Shown here piece after piece: positions 38,042 to 50,739 of a stretch of DNA of 64,000 bases. Position numbers and translations under genes: made by a program. Within the stretch, counting starts at the first letter, position 1; each line of letters begins with the position of its first letter. This stretch comes from Hypanus sabinus. Lineage: Eukaryota. The notes beneath the pieces are model-generated. The model was not told where the DNA came from, did no database searches, and saw only the letters and a program-made list of their open reading frames with translations. Where the stretch lies: positions 48,484,001-48,548,000 of the forward strand of contig NC_082718.1 in assembly GCF_030144855.1 (NCBI RefSeq), given 5' to 3'.

Positions 38042-39014
38042 CTGTGGGAAAGCCAAAATTAGTATTTCCATAACTGACACACAAAATTGGAAACATGACC
38101 TTTGATAAGATCATGCATTTGGTGCAGCAGAATGTCAACTCCACTCTAAAATTATAGCAATCTAAACATTTATAAATTAAAATGGAATTAAAAGAGCATT
38201 TTAGAGTCAAATTCCTTCATGTGTGCACTATAAAATGCTTGAGCACAGTGGGCCTTTTACCTACTAATTTGCCATTTAATTCAATTTTGCAAACAGCTTA
38301 TCAACTTTTGTGTGTAGCTGCATAAATGATCTTAAAGCTTTCTGTCACTCATAAAATAATGTTTATCTTTCTCATATTTATAGTTTCCATCATGATTGCA
38401 ACCTCATCATTGTTCAAGATCAAAACACAGTCCAGGACAACAGCCTATTTGCTTGGTCAGTCAGTCCAAATTCATTTCCTCCACCTTTAAATTGTTTTCA
38501 AGCTCGACAACACCATCCAAGCATATAATCTCTTATCTTGTAACAGATCGAGGAGAGTAGCAACTTGGAAACATCATCACCAGTAATTTCTCTTCTTACT
38601 CAGGCAACATCCTGACTTGGAAATGCGTCACTGTCACCGGCTCACAGCCCAGAATTCTGCTGGAGGATTTCTTCCACTGACAGCTTGTAGCAGATGAAGT
38701 TGGCAGATCATCAACAAGTGCACAATTAGCAACATTGCCAAATGGCCACTGGTACTGATGGCTGCAACCCAAGCATCCTGAGTAATGAAAGGTGCTTGGC
38801 TCCTCTAATTTTGCCCAGCTTTCTGCTCCAGCACTATCTTTAATCAAAAAGTTTGCATCCTGTGACGCCTAGAATAGAACATTCTATCTAAAACTCCCAG
38901 TTTGCCAGTCTCCCAGATGGATGGATGGATTGAAAATACTCAGAGATTTTGCCCTCAAATAACCCTTCTCCTTCACTCAGAATCTTGTCGCCTTCACCAA
39001 TATGATTATACAAG

Positions 39015-39522
39015 TGGGGCAGCACAGTAGCATAGTGGTTAGCACAAATCTGTACAGTACCTGCGACAGGGGTTCAATTCCTGTCGTTGCCTGTAAGAAG
39101 TTTGTACATTCTCCGTGACTATGTGGGTTTCCTCCGGGTGGTCCGGTTTCCTCCCACAGTCCAAAGACATACAGGCTGACAGATTGATTGGTCATTGTAA
39201 AGTATCCAATAATTGTGTGTGTGTGTGCGCACACACACCCTTAACTCCTGGAGGACTCATCAGGGCGCCGTTGTGACAAGCTTTTTGCACCGATCTTTTT
39301 GGTGATTGCTCATCATACGGTGTGTCTTGGGCATCTGAAACCTGGTGAAGCCCATCCCTCTCCAGTTTTTTGGAGCCGGCTGGATTCGAACTCGGGAGAC
39401 TTTGCTCCGAAGTCCGGCACTGATGCCACTACACCACCAGCCGGCCAATCCCATGATTAGGCTCAGATCAAATCAGGGGATTACTAGGTAGTGTGGCTCG
39501 AAGGGACAGAAAGGCCTATTCT
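39015..39522 (+). mobile_element. tRNA-derived V-SINE-like element, interrupted by a second SINE
   Basis: A box TAGCATAGTGG, B box GGTTCAATTCC, central GTGGGTTTCCTCCGGGTGGTCCGGTTTCCTCCCACAGTCCAAAGAC. Confidence 0.85.
39215..39447 (-). mobile_element. SINE with tRNA-Arg(TCG)-like head and (TG)/(CA) tail
   Basis: GGCCGGCTGGTGGTGTAGTGG...GACTTCGGA...GTTCGAATCCAGCCGGCTCC; approximate TSD ATCCAATAATT/ATCCCATGATT. Confidence 0.8.
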
Positions 39523-39664
39523 NNNNNNNNNNNNNNNNNNNNNNNNNNNNNNNNNNNNNNNNNNNNNNNNNNNNNNNNNNNNNNNNNNNNNNNNNNNNNN
39601 NNNNNNNNNNNNNNNNNNNNNNNNNNNNNNNNNNNNNNNNNNNNNNNNNNNNNNNNNNNNNNNN
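39523..39664. other. Assembly gap (142 N)
   Basis: Run of n. Confidence 0.99.
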
Positions 39665-40174
39665 TGAAAAATGCCATGTAGTTGCAGTCTTAATCTTTCA
39701 GCTTGGAAGAAACATCTAGTCTGGCTTCAAATCTTACTGCTTATCTCAGTGTTCCTCCTGAATATGGCAAGATATAATCCAACAAGTTCCCACCAGTATT
39801 TAACACAGGTTGCAACTGTTTATGTCTGACTGTTGACCAGGGTCCTCAACTCTGCTACATATTACTTAAATCATGCCTAATCTTGTTCTCCCTGAAGAAG
39901 ACAACACTATCATGACTGTAGGTAGAAACTTGGTCAAAGGATAGATCCCAAAGGATATGAGATCAATTTTCCCCTCTATATTATTGTCCTGACTTAATGC
40001 CCATACATATCTAAGAGATATTTCAGGTCTATTGATATAGCTAGCAACCTTACAAGCTCACCAAGTCTTCCTTTGCTGTCTTGCATACAGTATATGAAGT
40101 TACAATATGAGGTAAAGAAAACAGTTTGGTTAGAAAACAGTTGAAGAACGAACAGAAGCAGTGACAGTACATAC

Positions 40175-40275
40175 GGAACTCCAATTTCGAAGAGATTGTT
40201 TTGAATAAGTTGCTTTCCGAGCATAATAATGCTGAGCTGGATACAGAGCTCAATCAGACAGCCTCCGGGGGCGCA
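40175..40275 (-). CDS. ANO2: ANO2 exon (101 nt) [33 protein letters not shown](P) (TM6)
   Basis: aaccag|TGC ... CC|gtatgt; phase 0/2; TM6 Ca2+-site N/E residues present. Confidence 0.96.
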
Positions 40276-40401
40276 CTGGTTAGAAGTGAAGGGAAAGTGT
40301 AAGTATTTTATCTTAGAGCATATAAAGCATTAAATTTTTAATAACAAATTCCATAGAATTATTCAATGTTGTAACACTATGCATAAAATTTGTCCTCCTA
40401 C

Positions 40402-40459
40402 CTCTTCCATTCGATAGTTGTGAAAGACATAAACATATTTCCCAGGTCGACCAACAAAC
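40402..40459 (-). CDS. ANO2: ANO2 exon (58 nt) (R)[19 protein letters not shown]
   Basis: tggcag|G ... GAG|gtagga; phase 2/0. Confidence 0.95.
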
Positions 40460-41416
40460 CTGCCACGAAAATATACTACTATCATGTACTTCAACACACA
40501 ACTGTGCTTGTCACATTGTTTATTCATTTTAATATAAATGTCATATATACAATTATATATTCTAATATCAATTTAATATTCATTTTAATAAATTTATTCA
40601 CTTTAACACAAATGCCGTATATAATTATATATTTTAATATAAATTTAATATTCATTTTAATAAAAGCAGTAAGTGCATCAGGTGGTCGGTTAAATCATAA
40701 CATTGTGGCTTCACCTCAAGGTTAGACCATCCACAACAATAGCAGCATACTGTACTATTACTTTCTAATGCACAGATACTCCTCAGTGAGACTAACAGCT
40801 GAGGATGAATAAGATGCTATTTTTGCATTCCTTCTGAGAATATAAAATACAGCAGATACTCATCTTATGCAGTAATTTAAAGCAAATTTCCATCATATCG
40901 GCAGCCAATTATACTCCATATACAATTCCATTGACTTCAAGTGGCGTGCATACCAACAATAGCTTGTATTTATATAGCAGCAAGATATCCCTAAACAGGA
41001 AAACTATCAAGTAAAGGTGACGTGGGTAGCACTGCCAATTACCACTTCCTCATGAGAGAAATTTATATCAACAATTTAATTCAAAACATAAAATCCTTAG
41101 AATTTCTTATTGCTCAGATCAATCACATCTAAATTGGGGAACAAACTGCCAGTTCAGTTGAAACTGTACCAAGTTAAATAAGTCAATTATTTGGAATGGG
41201 CAATAAGCTTAGAGTCCAGGCAATCAATACAAGCACAGCCACCGCCAGCTTTCCATTCCTTTTAAGACTATTACCTGGAATGTTCTTGGTGGTTTTCCTG
41301 ATCAACTTTATTGTGCAGGAAGATTGAGATAAATCTCAGAAACACCAAATTAACAACCTTCTTTTAAGATTATACTATTTATTCTTTTCAAAGTATATGA
41401 AATCATTGAAATTTAC

Positions 41417-41528
41417 CGTCCTTTAAAAAAGGCCACATAGAAAATCGAAGCATAAGAGTTGACAAATTTTAACAGGAATGCTTTCAGAATCAATCTTTCT
41501 TCAAAGATCTTTTCTGTTTTGGGGACTT
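41417..41528 (-). CDS. ANO2: ANO2 exon (112 nt) (E)[36 protein letters not shown](R) (TM5)
   Basis: tttcag|AA ... CG|gtaaat; phase 1/2; absent from the ORF track. Confidence 0.95.
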
Positions 41529-41924
41529 CTGAAAAAACAAACAGATAACAGGTAACTCTAAGCATATTTAATAGGTTTTGATGAGGTATAAGTATCAGAA
41601 ATTTTTTAAAAACTATTAATACTCATCTTTTAACTCTATTTGAATATCATGCTTCACAAGGCTTTCTACTTTGCATGAAAGTTGAGTCATGAAAGTGGGA
41701 AAGAGTCTTTGAAGTTGTGCCAAGTCTGAGCCAGGGCTTATCCCGTTCATTGACATACAATGCTTTAGACTGTTAAGTATATTTCAATAGCAAACAAGTC
41801 ATACAGCATGTTATTACCAGATATTTATCAGAGTTTTAGTAAACTTGGTCATTAATTTGGTTTAATTCTTTTCCCATCCACAAAGCCATAATCCAGTAGC
41901 CACTTTATGCTGAGATAATAGTCT

Positions 41925-42200
41925 ATTGAGATACTACGCAGAATAAGCCCTTCTGACTCTCCGAGCCGTACAGCCCAGCAATCCTCCAATTTAATTCTAG
42001 TCGAAACATGAGGCAATTTACAATGACCAACAAACCTACCAACTGGTAGGTCTTTGGACTGTGGGAGGAAACCAGAGCACCTGGAGGAAACCCACATGGT
42101 CACTGGGAGAGCAAACAAGCACTTTATAAGCAGCACTGGGAATTGAACTCTAGTCAGCTGTACCACAAAGTATTGTGCTGACCACTATGCTACAGTGCCA
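41925..42200 (-). mobile_element. V-SINE-like element
   Basis: Reverse complement of the central domain and tRNA head seen at 39015-39200. Confidence 0.85.
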
Positions 42201-43770
42201 CTGTCATGGAGCACACTCCAGCACAGTCATCTGCCTCAGAGACAGAAATCTGGGGCTTCAGGTCCTACTCTAGAGATTCGAGGACAGACGTGCAGTCTTA
42301 TACTAGTGTGGAACGCTGATGGCGCGTTGCAAAACGAAAGATGTCATCTTGTAGATGAGGACTTAAATGAAAATTCAGTCTGCTCCTTCATTGAACACAA
42401 ACGTTCACATAGAACTTGTTCAGGAAGTGTAAAGGAGGTACTACCATTGTTCAAGCTACAGTTAACCCTCAAAATTATTACATCTAAAGTGCACACAATT
42501 AAGCTCTGCTAATCCAGTGGAGCTGGACTGGTAACTTTCTGGACTATCTGATGTAATTTTTCTTTAACAACATTTCTAATGCATGTTTTTTTTAATACAG
42601 AATAAACCTCCCTGTGAACCTGGTTAATTTAAATGGAGAGAGGGAATCAAAACCAGATGAGCTTGTGAAACAGGACCCTGATGAGTTTGAAAGGATTACT
42701 GGATCCAATGCCCCACTGTTTGGAAGGGAGTGTGGAAACCAGTGGTCTGGTACATTAAAAAGGAACACATGAAATAGGAAGCACCAAGTTTAAAGGGAGT
42801 TCAGGAACAAGAACTCCCGATGTGTCAAAGGGAATATAGAATCAGATGCGAAACCTTTGGGATTTCTAAGCAATGGGAGAGAGAATGATCAGAGCTTGTC
42901 TGTAATAGTTCATTACTCTGATGCAGTATCTGAAGGAATGATGGCTACAGATTGTCTCCCACCTCACAGTGATAATTATCCTTTAAAGGTACAGCATTCG
43001 ATACAGGCTGGTTTGGGACCTTTCAAAAGCAATGACCTGGTGGTAAATCTTTTTTATAAGAAGAATCTGTATCTGTGCAGAGCCACGTCATATTCATAGT
43101 TTATGCCCAAGTGCTTCATGACGAGGAATTACCTCTAAAGTGCAGCCATTGTAGTTACACAAACAAAGTGGCCCACTGAACTAAGCTGAGTGGTGTGGGC
43201 CGATGGAGAAATGTTGATTCGGACACTAAGAATATTTTGCTTCGTTTCAGTGTCCTGCAAGCTTCGTATCTGCCTGGACAGGTACACTGGACAGTGAGCT
43301 TTATTTTCATGTCTAAAATGAAGATCTACATATTCTGGCCATCTTCTCCCTTTAACTCAGATCTTCTGGCCCAATTAACCCACTCAACACTCTTCCCAAG
43401 TTGGCCACATTTTAGCAATAAAAAGGCAACCAAAACTGCACACTGTGCAATTCTCTTCATATTTAAAAACCATTTATTCTTTAACATATAAAAATACAGT
43501 GATCTCTAGTCTAGAATATAAACAGTGTGTAAACCTCCAGACTATAGTGTCAATGTCCCAGAAATAAACTTTAAAGAAACTATAGTCCTCTAGATGTATT
43601 TTTATCCCATCTGAACAAAAAAATCTCTTAAAAAACTGACATAATAATTTCCTTTATTGTTTTAGAAACATTAACCCCACTCATTACAATCTTAACAATG
43701 TGGACAAAGGAATGACCCCAGAAGTTTTCAGTGACACCTCCTTCTGGATGGACCTTGTCAGTGGACGTAC

Positions 43771-43972
43771 CCATTTTAGTCAGCCACTCAGCAACAGCTC
43801 CGTAAATCTCATCCAGGATGAGGATCAGCAAAAGGTTAATGATGACGGCAGTTGTAGTCACCGTGACCCGGATGTTTGACTTGCTGCCCTCCGTTGCACT
43901 TATTGCCATGGCTGTGGCTATGGAGATTCGATATATAATGACTCCAAAGACAGCAGAAAATGTCAGACCGAT
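43771..43972 (-). CDS. ANO2: ANO2 exon (202 nt) [15 protein letters not shown]...[27 protein letters not shown] (TM3-TM4)
   Basis: cgcgcag|ATC ... ATGG|gtacgt; phase 0/1. Confidence 0.95.
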
Positions 43973-44172
43973 CTGCGCGTAAAAGAAAAGCAGTTAGGAT
44001 TATCGGCTTTCACAAACTTCACTCTGGGCAGCGTTACCTCCAACAACAGCCCTTGCTGGGCTTGAGGCACTTCTCATTTTCGACAGTTTTTAAAAAACAC
44101 AGATCTCAAATTCCATTTAGTAAAATGTTGCTTCAGACTGACACTGTAAAAAGAAAGTGCTGCTGATCCTAC

Positions 44173-44247
44173 CATGAACAGAATTGAGACAAAGTTCCCC
44201 AGGTAGCCAAGAACTCGATCCCGCCAGGTCAGCTTGTCATTCTCAGC
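44173..44247 (-). CDS. ANO2: ANO2 exon (75 nt) AENDKLTWRDRVLGYLGNFVSILFM
   Basis: ccaacag|GCT ... ATG|gtagga; phase 0/0; KLTWRDR motif preceding TM3. Confidence 0.92.
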
Positions 44248-44954
44248 CTGTTGGTTGGAAAAGGTGTGGTTAGAGGGAAAGTAAAGTGTCAGTGGAGTAA
44301 TTAACAAGCAGTCATGGAGAGGCTTTGCTATGATCGTTTCTGTATGTTGTGAGCATCCTCTCACCGTGTATGGAAATTACAGAAAAGTTCATTGTCTATC
44401 ATCACTACAGGGCTTACAAAGTGACGGGCAGAAAAAAACATCCCAGATACTACACACTCAGTGAGCTGCCTGTTCTAAAAGCACCCTTCCGGAAAGTTCT
44501 AATGTTTTAAAATAAAAACTTTATTCCAACTTCAGTGTTTCTTCACCAGGAAGCTAATCTGATCAACCATTCTAGTTACCTCCCCCACCCTCTCTATCAG
44601 TTACCTCAGTTACTGCACTGTACTGTAAACACTTTAAACCAGTTTTCATAATGCTGTTTACATTGTAAATACCTCCATATCCATACTTCTAACTTTATTT
44701 TTATATCATTCATTATTCTTTGTAATTTCCAGCATTTGAGAAACTTTTATGTTTATAATTGTTGGATTTTTTGTTGTTGTTGCACCACCAGGCCACAGCA
44801 AATTCCCAAAACAGGTGAATGTATCTAGTGAATAAAGTTGATTCTTGATCCATGATTTATATCAGAGCAAGGTTAGGGGATCAGTAGAAAATAAACTGGA
44901 GTTGCATTGGTATAGTTTCACTTCCAAGTTGCAGTCCCATCTCGAGAGACTAAC

Positions 44955-45830
44955 AATACCTCAGAAACTGTCCTAGCTGGGTCTCAATTCCTCCTTCTGT
45001 AACTGGATCCTGGACTTCCTAACAGAAAGTCCGCATGGGTAGCAACATCTTTAGCCCTTTATGCTGAGCACTGGCACTCCCCACCACTGTTCTCATTGCT
45101 GATGCACGACTGCATCGCAGGATTCAGCTCAAACCATATCATCAAGTTTGTGATGACACAACAGTGGTTGGCTTCATCAACAATGATGATGAGTCGGAGT
45201 GCGGTGAGGAAGTGGCAGTTGGCAAACTGCTGTGAGAACAACCTAAATCTGAATGTAGGGAAGACCAAGGAAATGATTGTGGACTTTAGGAAGGTGCAGA
45301 TGAACCATCTCTCTCTGTGTATACATGGCTCCTCTGTAGACAGAGTTAACTGCACCAAGTTATGGGGATTCACATTGCAGACGACCTCATCTGGTCCTTC
45401 TATATCAACCTGCTGAATAAGAAGGCACAGCAGCACCTCCACTTCCTGTGGATATTGAGGCAAGTGAAGAACCTTCCCCCATTTTAACTGAATTTTACAG
45501 GAGCAGTATTGAGAGTGTTCTGACAAGTTGCATCTACATCTGGTTTGGGAGCAGCCAAGCGTCAAACTTGAAGTCCTTACAAAGGACTGTAAGAATGGCC
45601 AAGAGGATCAGAGGGGTGTCCTTGCCATCCATCAGGGACATTAATATGAAGCGCTATGTACATGAGGCTCTTAGTATTATTAAGGATCCCACCCATCCAT
45701 CCAGCATCCTCTCTGACTTTCTACCAACAGGCAGGAGACTACAATTCATAAAAACAAGAATGGTCAGGATGAAAAACAGTTTCTTACCCCAGGCCATTAG
45801 GCTTCTGAACTTCCTGCTGCATCGTATTTA
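44955..45830 (+). mobile_element. Rex/Babar-like LINE RT/C-terminal fragment
   Basis: NNLNLNVGKTKEMIVDFRK; FYRSSIESVLTSCI; RMKNSFLPQAIRLLN. Confidence 0.9.
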
Positions 45831-46108
45831 AATTGACACTGAAAAATTTCTACCGTACCCTTCTATATGTAGACTCTAACATAGGCAAATAGTTGAATGA
45901 AAAATGGAAAGTTATGAGGGAGGGAAGCTTTAATTGAGATTGGAGTAGGTGAGAAGTTTGGGTTGAAATGCCTATGGTCTATGTAATTACAAGTATTCTT
46001 CAAGCCAAATTTGCAAGTTTTAATTGCAATACATCACCTGTCTGCTTATGGTTGACATTATCTACTGACTGTGTAATCATCACTGCTTATCTGTCTGTCT
46101 ACTGCATC

Positions 46109-46782
46109 TCAGAATCAGAAACAGGTTTATTGTCACTGGCATGTGACGTGAAATTTCTTAACTTAGCAGCAGCAGTTCAATGCAATATATAAACTAGCAG
46201 AGAGATAATAATAATAATAATAATAAATAAAATAAAAACATAATAAATAAACAAGTAAATCAATTACATATATTGAATAGATTTTTAAAAATGTGCAAAA
46301 ATAGAAATACTGTATATTAATAAAAGTGAGGTAGTGTCCAAAGCTTCAATGTCCATTTAGGAGTCGGATGGCAGAGGGGAAGAAGCTGTTCCTGAATCAC
46401 TGAGTGTGTGTCTTTAGGCTTCTGTATCTCCTACCTGATGGTAACAGTGAGAAAAGGGCATGCCCTGGGTGCTGGAGGTCCTTAATAATGGACACTGCCT
46501 TACTGAGACACCTTTCCCTAAAGATGTCCTGGGAACTTTGTAGGCTAGTGCCCAAGACGGAGCTGACTAGATTTACAATCTTCTGCAGCTTCTTTCAGTC
46601 CCCTCCATACCAGACAGTGATGCAGCCTGTCAGAATGCTCTCCATGGTACAACTATAGAAGTTTTTCAGTGTATTTGTTGACATGCCAAATCTCTTTGAA
46701 CTCCTAATAAAGTATAGCCACTGGCTTGCCGTCTTTATGACTACATCAATATGTCGGGACCAGGTTAGATCCTCAGAGATCT
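46109..46782 (-). mobile_element. Rex/Babar-like LINE 3' end
   Basis: (TTCTGA)n tail on the minus strand; similarity to 36400-36970. Confidence 0.85.
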
Positions 46783-46787
46783 TATAT

Positions 46788-46955
46788 TAAAAATCAAAAT
46801 TGCCAGAAACACTCAGCAGGTGAGGCCTCATCTGTGGGAAGAAAAATAGAGTTAACGTTTCAAATCTAAGTTTCTCTGCCCACAGGCGCTGCTTCGCCTC
46901 CTGAGTATTTCCAGCAAAAAGTTTTTATTAACTTTTATATTTGCAGCACTTGCAG
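46788..46955. mobile_element. Short fold-back (MITE-like) derivative of the Penelope-like tail
   Basis: ACTCAGCAGGTGAGGCCTCATCTGTGGG ... CCCACAGGCGCTGCTTCGCCTCCTGAGT inverted arms. Confidence 0.65.
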
Positions 46956-48510
46956 TTTCATTTTGACTTTCTGTCTTATTTATTTTGCTTTTGTGTGTAA
47001 TTTGCTAACTATTACTTGTCTATTGCTGACTTCAGAAAACGTAGTCTGTTGATTACTACATTATACCCATGGAGACAATATAAAATTGGAGAAACTATAT
47101 AAAGTCTGGACTCACAGTGGCAGGACTGTATTAATAACTATTACAACAGTGATTACTTGTTCACAGTAGTGGATGTTTCCATGTCTCAATTATCCTCCCT
47201 AAGACTATATTGTTTGGATGCATTTCCTTTCAAAAACCTTCCCACAGTCCATGCCTACAGACGAACTTACATTCCACAATTTGTTCTTTAATAATTTTAA
47301 ATAAAACCAGGAAATGTTCGGAAACAGTGGGAAGAGAAATAGAGTTAATGTTCCAGGTTAACTACCTTTCACTCAGAAGGAAGAAACACACCAGTTTGTT
47401 ACTGGGCACTGAAGGCAGAAATTGTAAAGTACTGATAATGATTCATGTGTCTCTAAATGTGAGAAAATAGATGGCCTGGTCCATCTATTTTCTCCCATTT
47501 AGAGATACTCACGTCATTTTCAGTACTACGTTCCTTCAAGCCTATACCGTCATTCAGTATAATCGCAGCAGGTAGTCTATGTTCCTTATTTTAGCTGCCT
47601 TGCCATGTTCTTTGATTTGTCTAGTTCCAATAAGTAATCTAACCCCACTTTGAATATATTTAACAAAGTCAAGTTTATTGTCATTTAACTATATACATGT
47701 GTACTGTCAATGGGACAATGTTTTTCCAGTCAAGGGTGTAAAGCACAGTAGTACACATTACACATACATAACATACGATAACAGAGAAAAGTTACAAATG
47801 AATTACACATAGATAAACAAAGTGTTGCATAAATTAACTATTGTAGGGTACAATACAAATGATCTGGTGACACCTTGAATTTGATGCAACAGGGAATTCA
47901 AGAGCCTAGCTGGTTTGAACTACTTTAGGCAGCAGAGTAGGAAGCAGATGGAATTATAATTTTGTTTCCATTTTCTCATAGAGTATCATATAAATCATGC
48001 AACATAAAAGCAGGCCTTTCAATCCACCAACTGCATTCAGACCATCAAGCACCTACTTACATTAACCCTCACATTCCCGTCAAATCTCACAGATCCCACC
48101 GTACACTTGCACGCAAGTAGCACTTTTACAGCAGCCAGCTCATCTCTATGCTGCACATCTTTGTATGTGAGTTGAAACAGGAGCTGCCAGGACAAACCTA
48201 CATACATAGGCACAGAGAGAATGCACAAGCCTCAATGGGCAGCACGTGAGGCAGCAAATGGTCTCAAAAGTGTGGGGATAATTTAGAATGAAGGTAATTG
48301 AGCATGCAACATTGAGAAAGGATTGAACTAGAAAATCATTGGTGGATGAAGAAGTGAATGAAGTCAGAGAGTAAAAGAGGATATAAAGAACAATAATATT
48401 TCCGTTTAAGAAACTCATCGCAGAAAAAAAAAGATATTGGAAGTATGTGAAAGACGTAGAGATGGTGAGGAAGATATGGAACTACACTGGTCATTTCTTA
48501 ATCCAGTTTT

Positions 48511-48740
48511 GGGCAGCATGGTAGCCTAATAGATAGCAACAGTGATCCAAGTTCAATTCCCACTACTGTGGGGAGGTTGTACACTCTCTCCCTGTGACCA
48601 TGTGAGTTTCTTCTGGGTGCTTCAGTCTCCTCGCAGATTCCAAAGGCCTACAGTCAATTGGTCATATGGGATGTAATTGGGCAGTATGGGCTTGTTAGGC
48701 CAGAAAGAAGTGTTACTGTGCTGTATCTCTAAATAAATCA
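48511..48740 (+). mobile_element. V-SINE-like element
   Basis: GGGCAGCATGGTAGC head, GTTCAATTCC B box, central domain, CTGTATCTCTAAATAAA tail. Confidence 0.75.
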
Positions 48741-49089
48741 ATGAAATAAAATCAACGTCAAAGGCTATTTTGGCTGTGGACCTGCTACTTCAATATTCAG
48801 CAATGGCTGATGCTCACAGTGCCAGTTGGCCTTGCCTATGAAAGGCCCTCTTTTCCATGGCCCTTTTCAGTACCAATCTCATGGCAGACAACAGGTGAGG
48901 CTGGGAAGATTGTATGGTGAGCACTGATGAGGCAGCATGTTGGGGAAGAGGACAACTGAACTATGTGGAGGCTGGTGACAGGGATGCAAAGCTTCATTGA
49001 GACAGATGGAGGTTACTTACTTGGCGTAGGGCTGTCCCTGTTTCATGTGAAGTCTGTCAAATGTATCTTACGAGGTCTGTGATTATGTA

Positions 49090-50538
49090 TACAAACATGT
49101 ATTCTTCAAAAGTCACTGAAGACTGGTGAAACCCCTAAGACTGGAAATGGGCTAACGTTGTCCCAGTATATAAGAAGGGTGACCACACTGACCCTGGTAA
49201 CTATAGACTAGTAAGCTTAACATGTATTGCAAGGAAGATAGTGAAAACAATAATAAAGAATGAGGTGGACAGGCATCTGATAAGAACAGGCATATTGGCA
49301 GAAAGCCAGCATGGGTTCAGAAAGGGGAAATCATGTTTTACTAATATGGTGGAGCCCTATGAAGAGGCAACAAAATATTACGATAACAATAGTGTGGTTG
49401 ATATCATCAACATGATCTTTCAGATGGCTATTGACAAGGTACCCATGAGAGGTTAATAATCAATTTACAGGAGGTAGGCATTTAGGGTAATGCGAATGGA
49501 AAGAGTTGGCTCAAAAACAGGAAACGAATTATGGTGAGAAAATCATTTTCACACCTAGAAGATGTTAAAGTGGGGTTCTACAGGGATCAGCTTTGGGACT
49601 ACTGCTGCTTCTAATTTACATTAATGATTTGGATAAACACATAACAAATAAACTAATAAAGTTTGCTGATGACATAGAATTAGGGGGATGGACTGATAAC
49701 ATTTAGACAGCAGAATCAGTACAGTTAGATCTGAACAAAATCCAGATGTGGGCAGATAAATGGCAAATGAAATGTAATGCAAATAAATGTGAAGTATTAT
49801 ACGTAAGACGTAGAAGTACTAGATATAAATATACAATGGGGGGGGGGTCTTGAGTTAAAAAGCACAGTGTATGAGAAAGATTTGGGCATCCTGATAGACT
49901 CATCACTATCAACATCTGGACAATGCACAGAAGTGATGAGGAAGGCTAATAGAATGTTGGGCTATATAATGCACAGTGCAGTTCTAGTCAAGAGAAATTC
50001 TCCTTAAGCTGCATAATGTGTTTGTGAGACCACACCTTGAGTACTGTGTACAATTTTGGTCTCCATTTTGTGTGAGGGATTTGATGACACTGGAGAGAGT
50101 CCAGAGAAGGGTGACTAGACTCATTCTAGGTTTGCAGGGTATGAGCTATAAAGAAAGATTGAAAGAATTAAACCGTTTAGCCTGAGAAGCTGGAGAATGA
50201 AAGGAGACATGATAAAAGGGTTCAAAATCATTAAGGGTATAATTAAGATAGATGCCAGCTGCTACTTCAGAATTAATCCATCAATGAGGACACGGAGCCA
50301 TAGGTGGAGATTGGTTAAAGGGAGATTTCAGACTAACATCAGGAAGCATTTCTTTACACAGCAAGTTGTGAACACATGGAACAAACCATCTAGTCATGTA
50401 GTTGAGAATAGTACCTTAGAGACTTTCAAATCTAAACTCAATAGTTATTTCACCACAATATGTGAATAGGAATTTGGCAGGCTTTGTTGGGCCAAATGGC
50501 CCGTTTATGTCAAAAACGTTCTAATGTTCTAATGTTTT
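49090..50538 (+). mobile_element. CR1 LINE, degenerate ORF2, (TTCTAATG)n tail
   Basis: QHGFRKGKSCFTN, KFADD, GDMI..FKII, TRSH..RL motifs. Confidence 0.92.
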
Positions 50539-50739
50539 AAAAGTTCGAGAGTTGGAGGATCAACCAGTTGATGCTTTGGGAAGGAAGATAGGTATGAGTC
50601 AGAAAACCAGAAAGCCAACATTTTCTGTTCCTGGAAACATAAATCTATCATACACAGCCCTGGGGAAAACAGCACCACATGTCAATACTGCTAGCCACAA
50701 AGTTTAACACAAACAGATAATTGATGAAGACAAACTTGA

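Larger units (their letters stand above)
17659..44247 (-). other. ANO2: Anoctamin-2 (TMEM16B) gene, 3' portion: 11 coding exons, 1473 nt, 490 aa plus stop; 5' exons not found in window
   Basis: Manually spliced exons give a continuous anoctamin ORF (TM3 to C-terminus). [17 protein letters not shown], [16 protein letters not shown] and the C-terminal HTDV resemble ANO2 rather than ANO1 (recalled from human ANO2). All junctions are GT-AG and phases match. Confidence 0.93.

Noticed and set aside
39372-39446. Possible tRNA-Arg gene
   Set aside because: Anticodon and T stems do not pair, and it has a SINE body, tail and TSD
17659-44247. ANO1 or scramblase-type anoctamin assignment
   Set aside because: The TM5 lysine marks the ANO1/2 clade; TM4, the post-TM6 loop and the T-x-V end fit ANO2 better
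47509-47660. Minus-strand GTGAGT donor with a short open frame upstream
   Set aside because: The sequence looks like a decayed CR1 3' end, not an ANO2 exon
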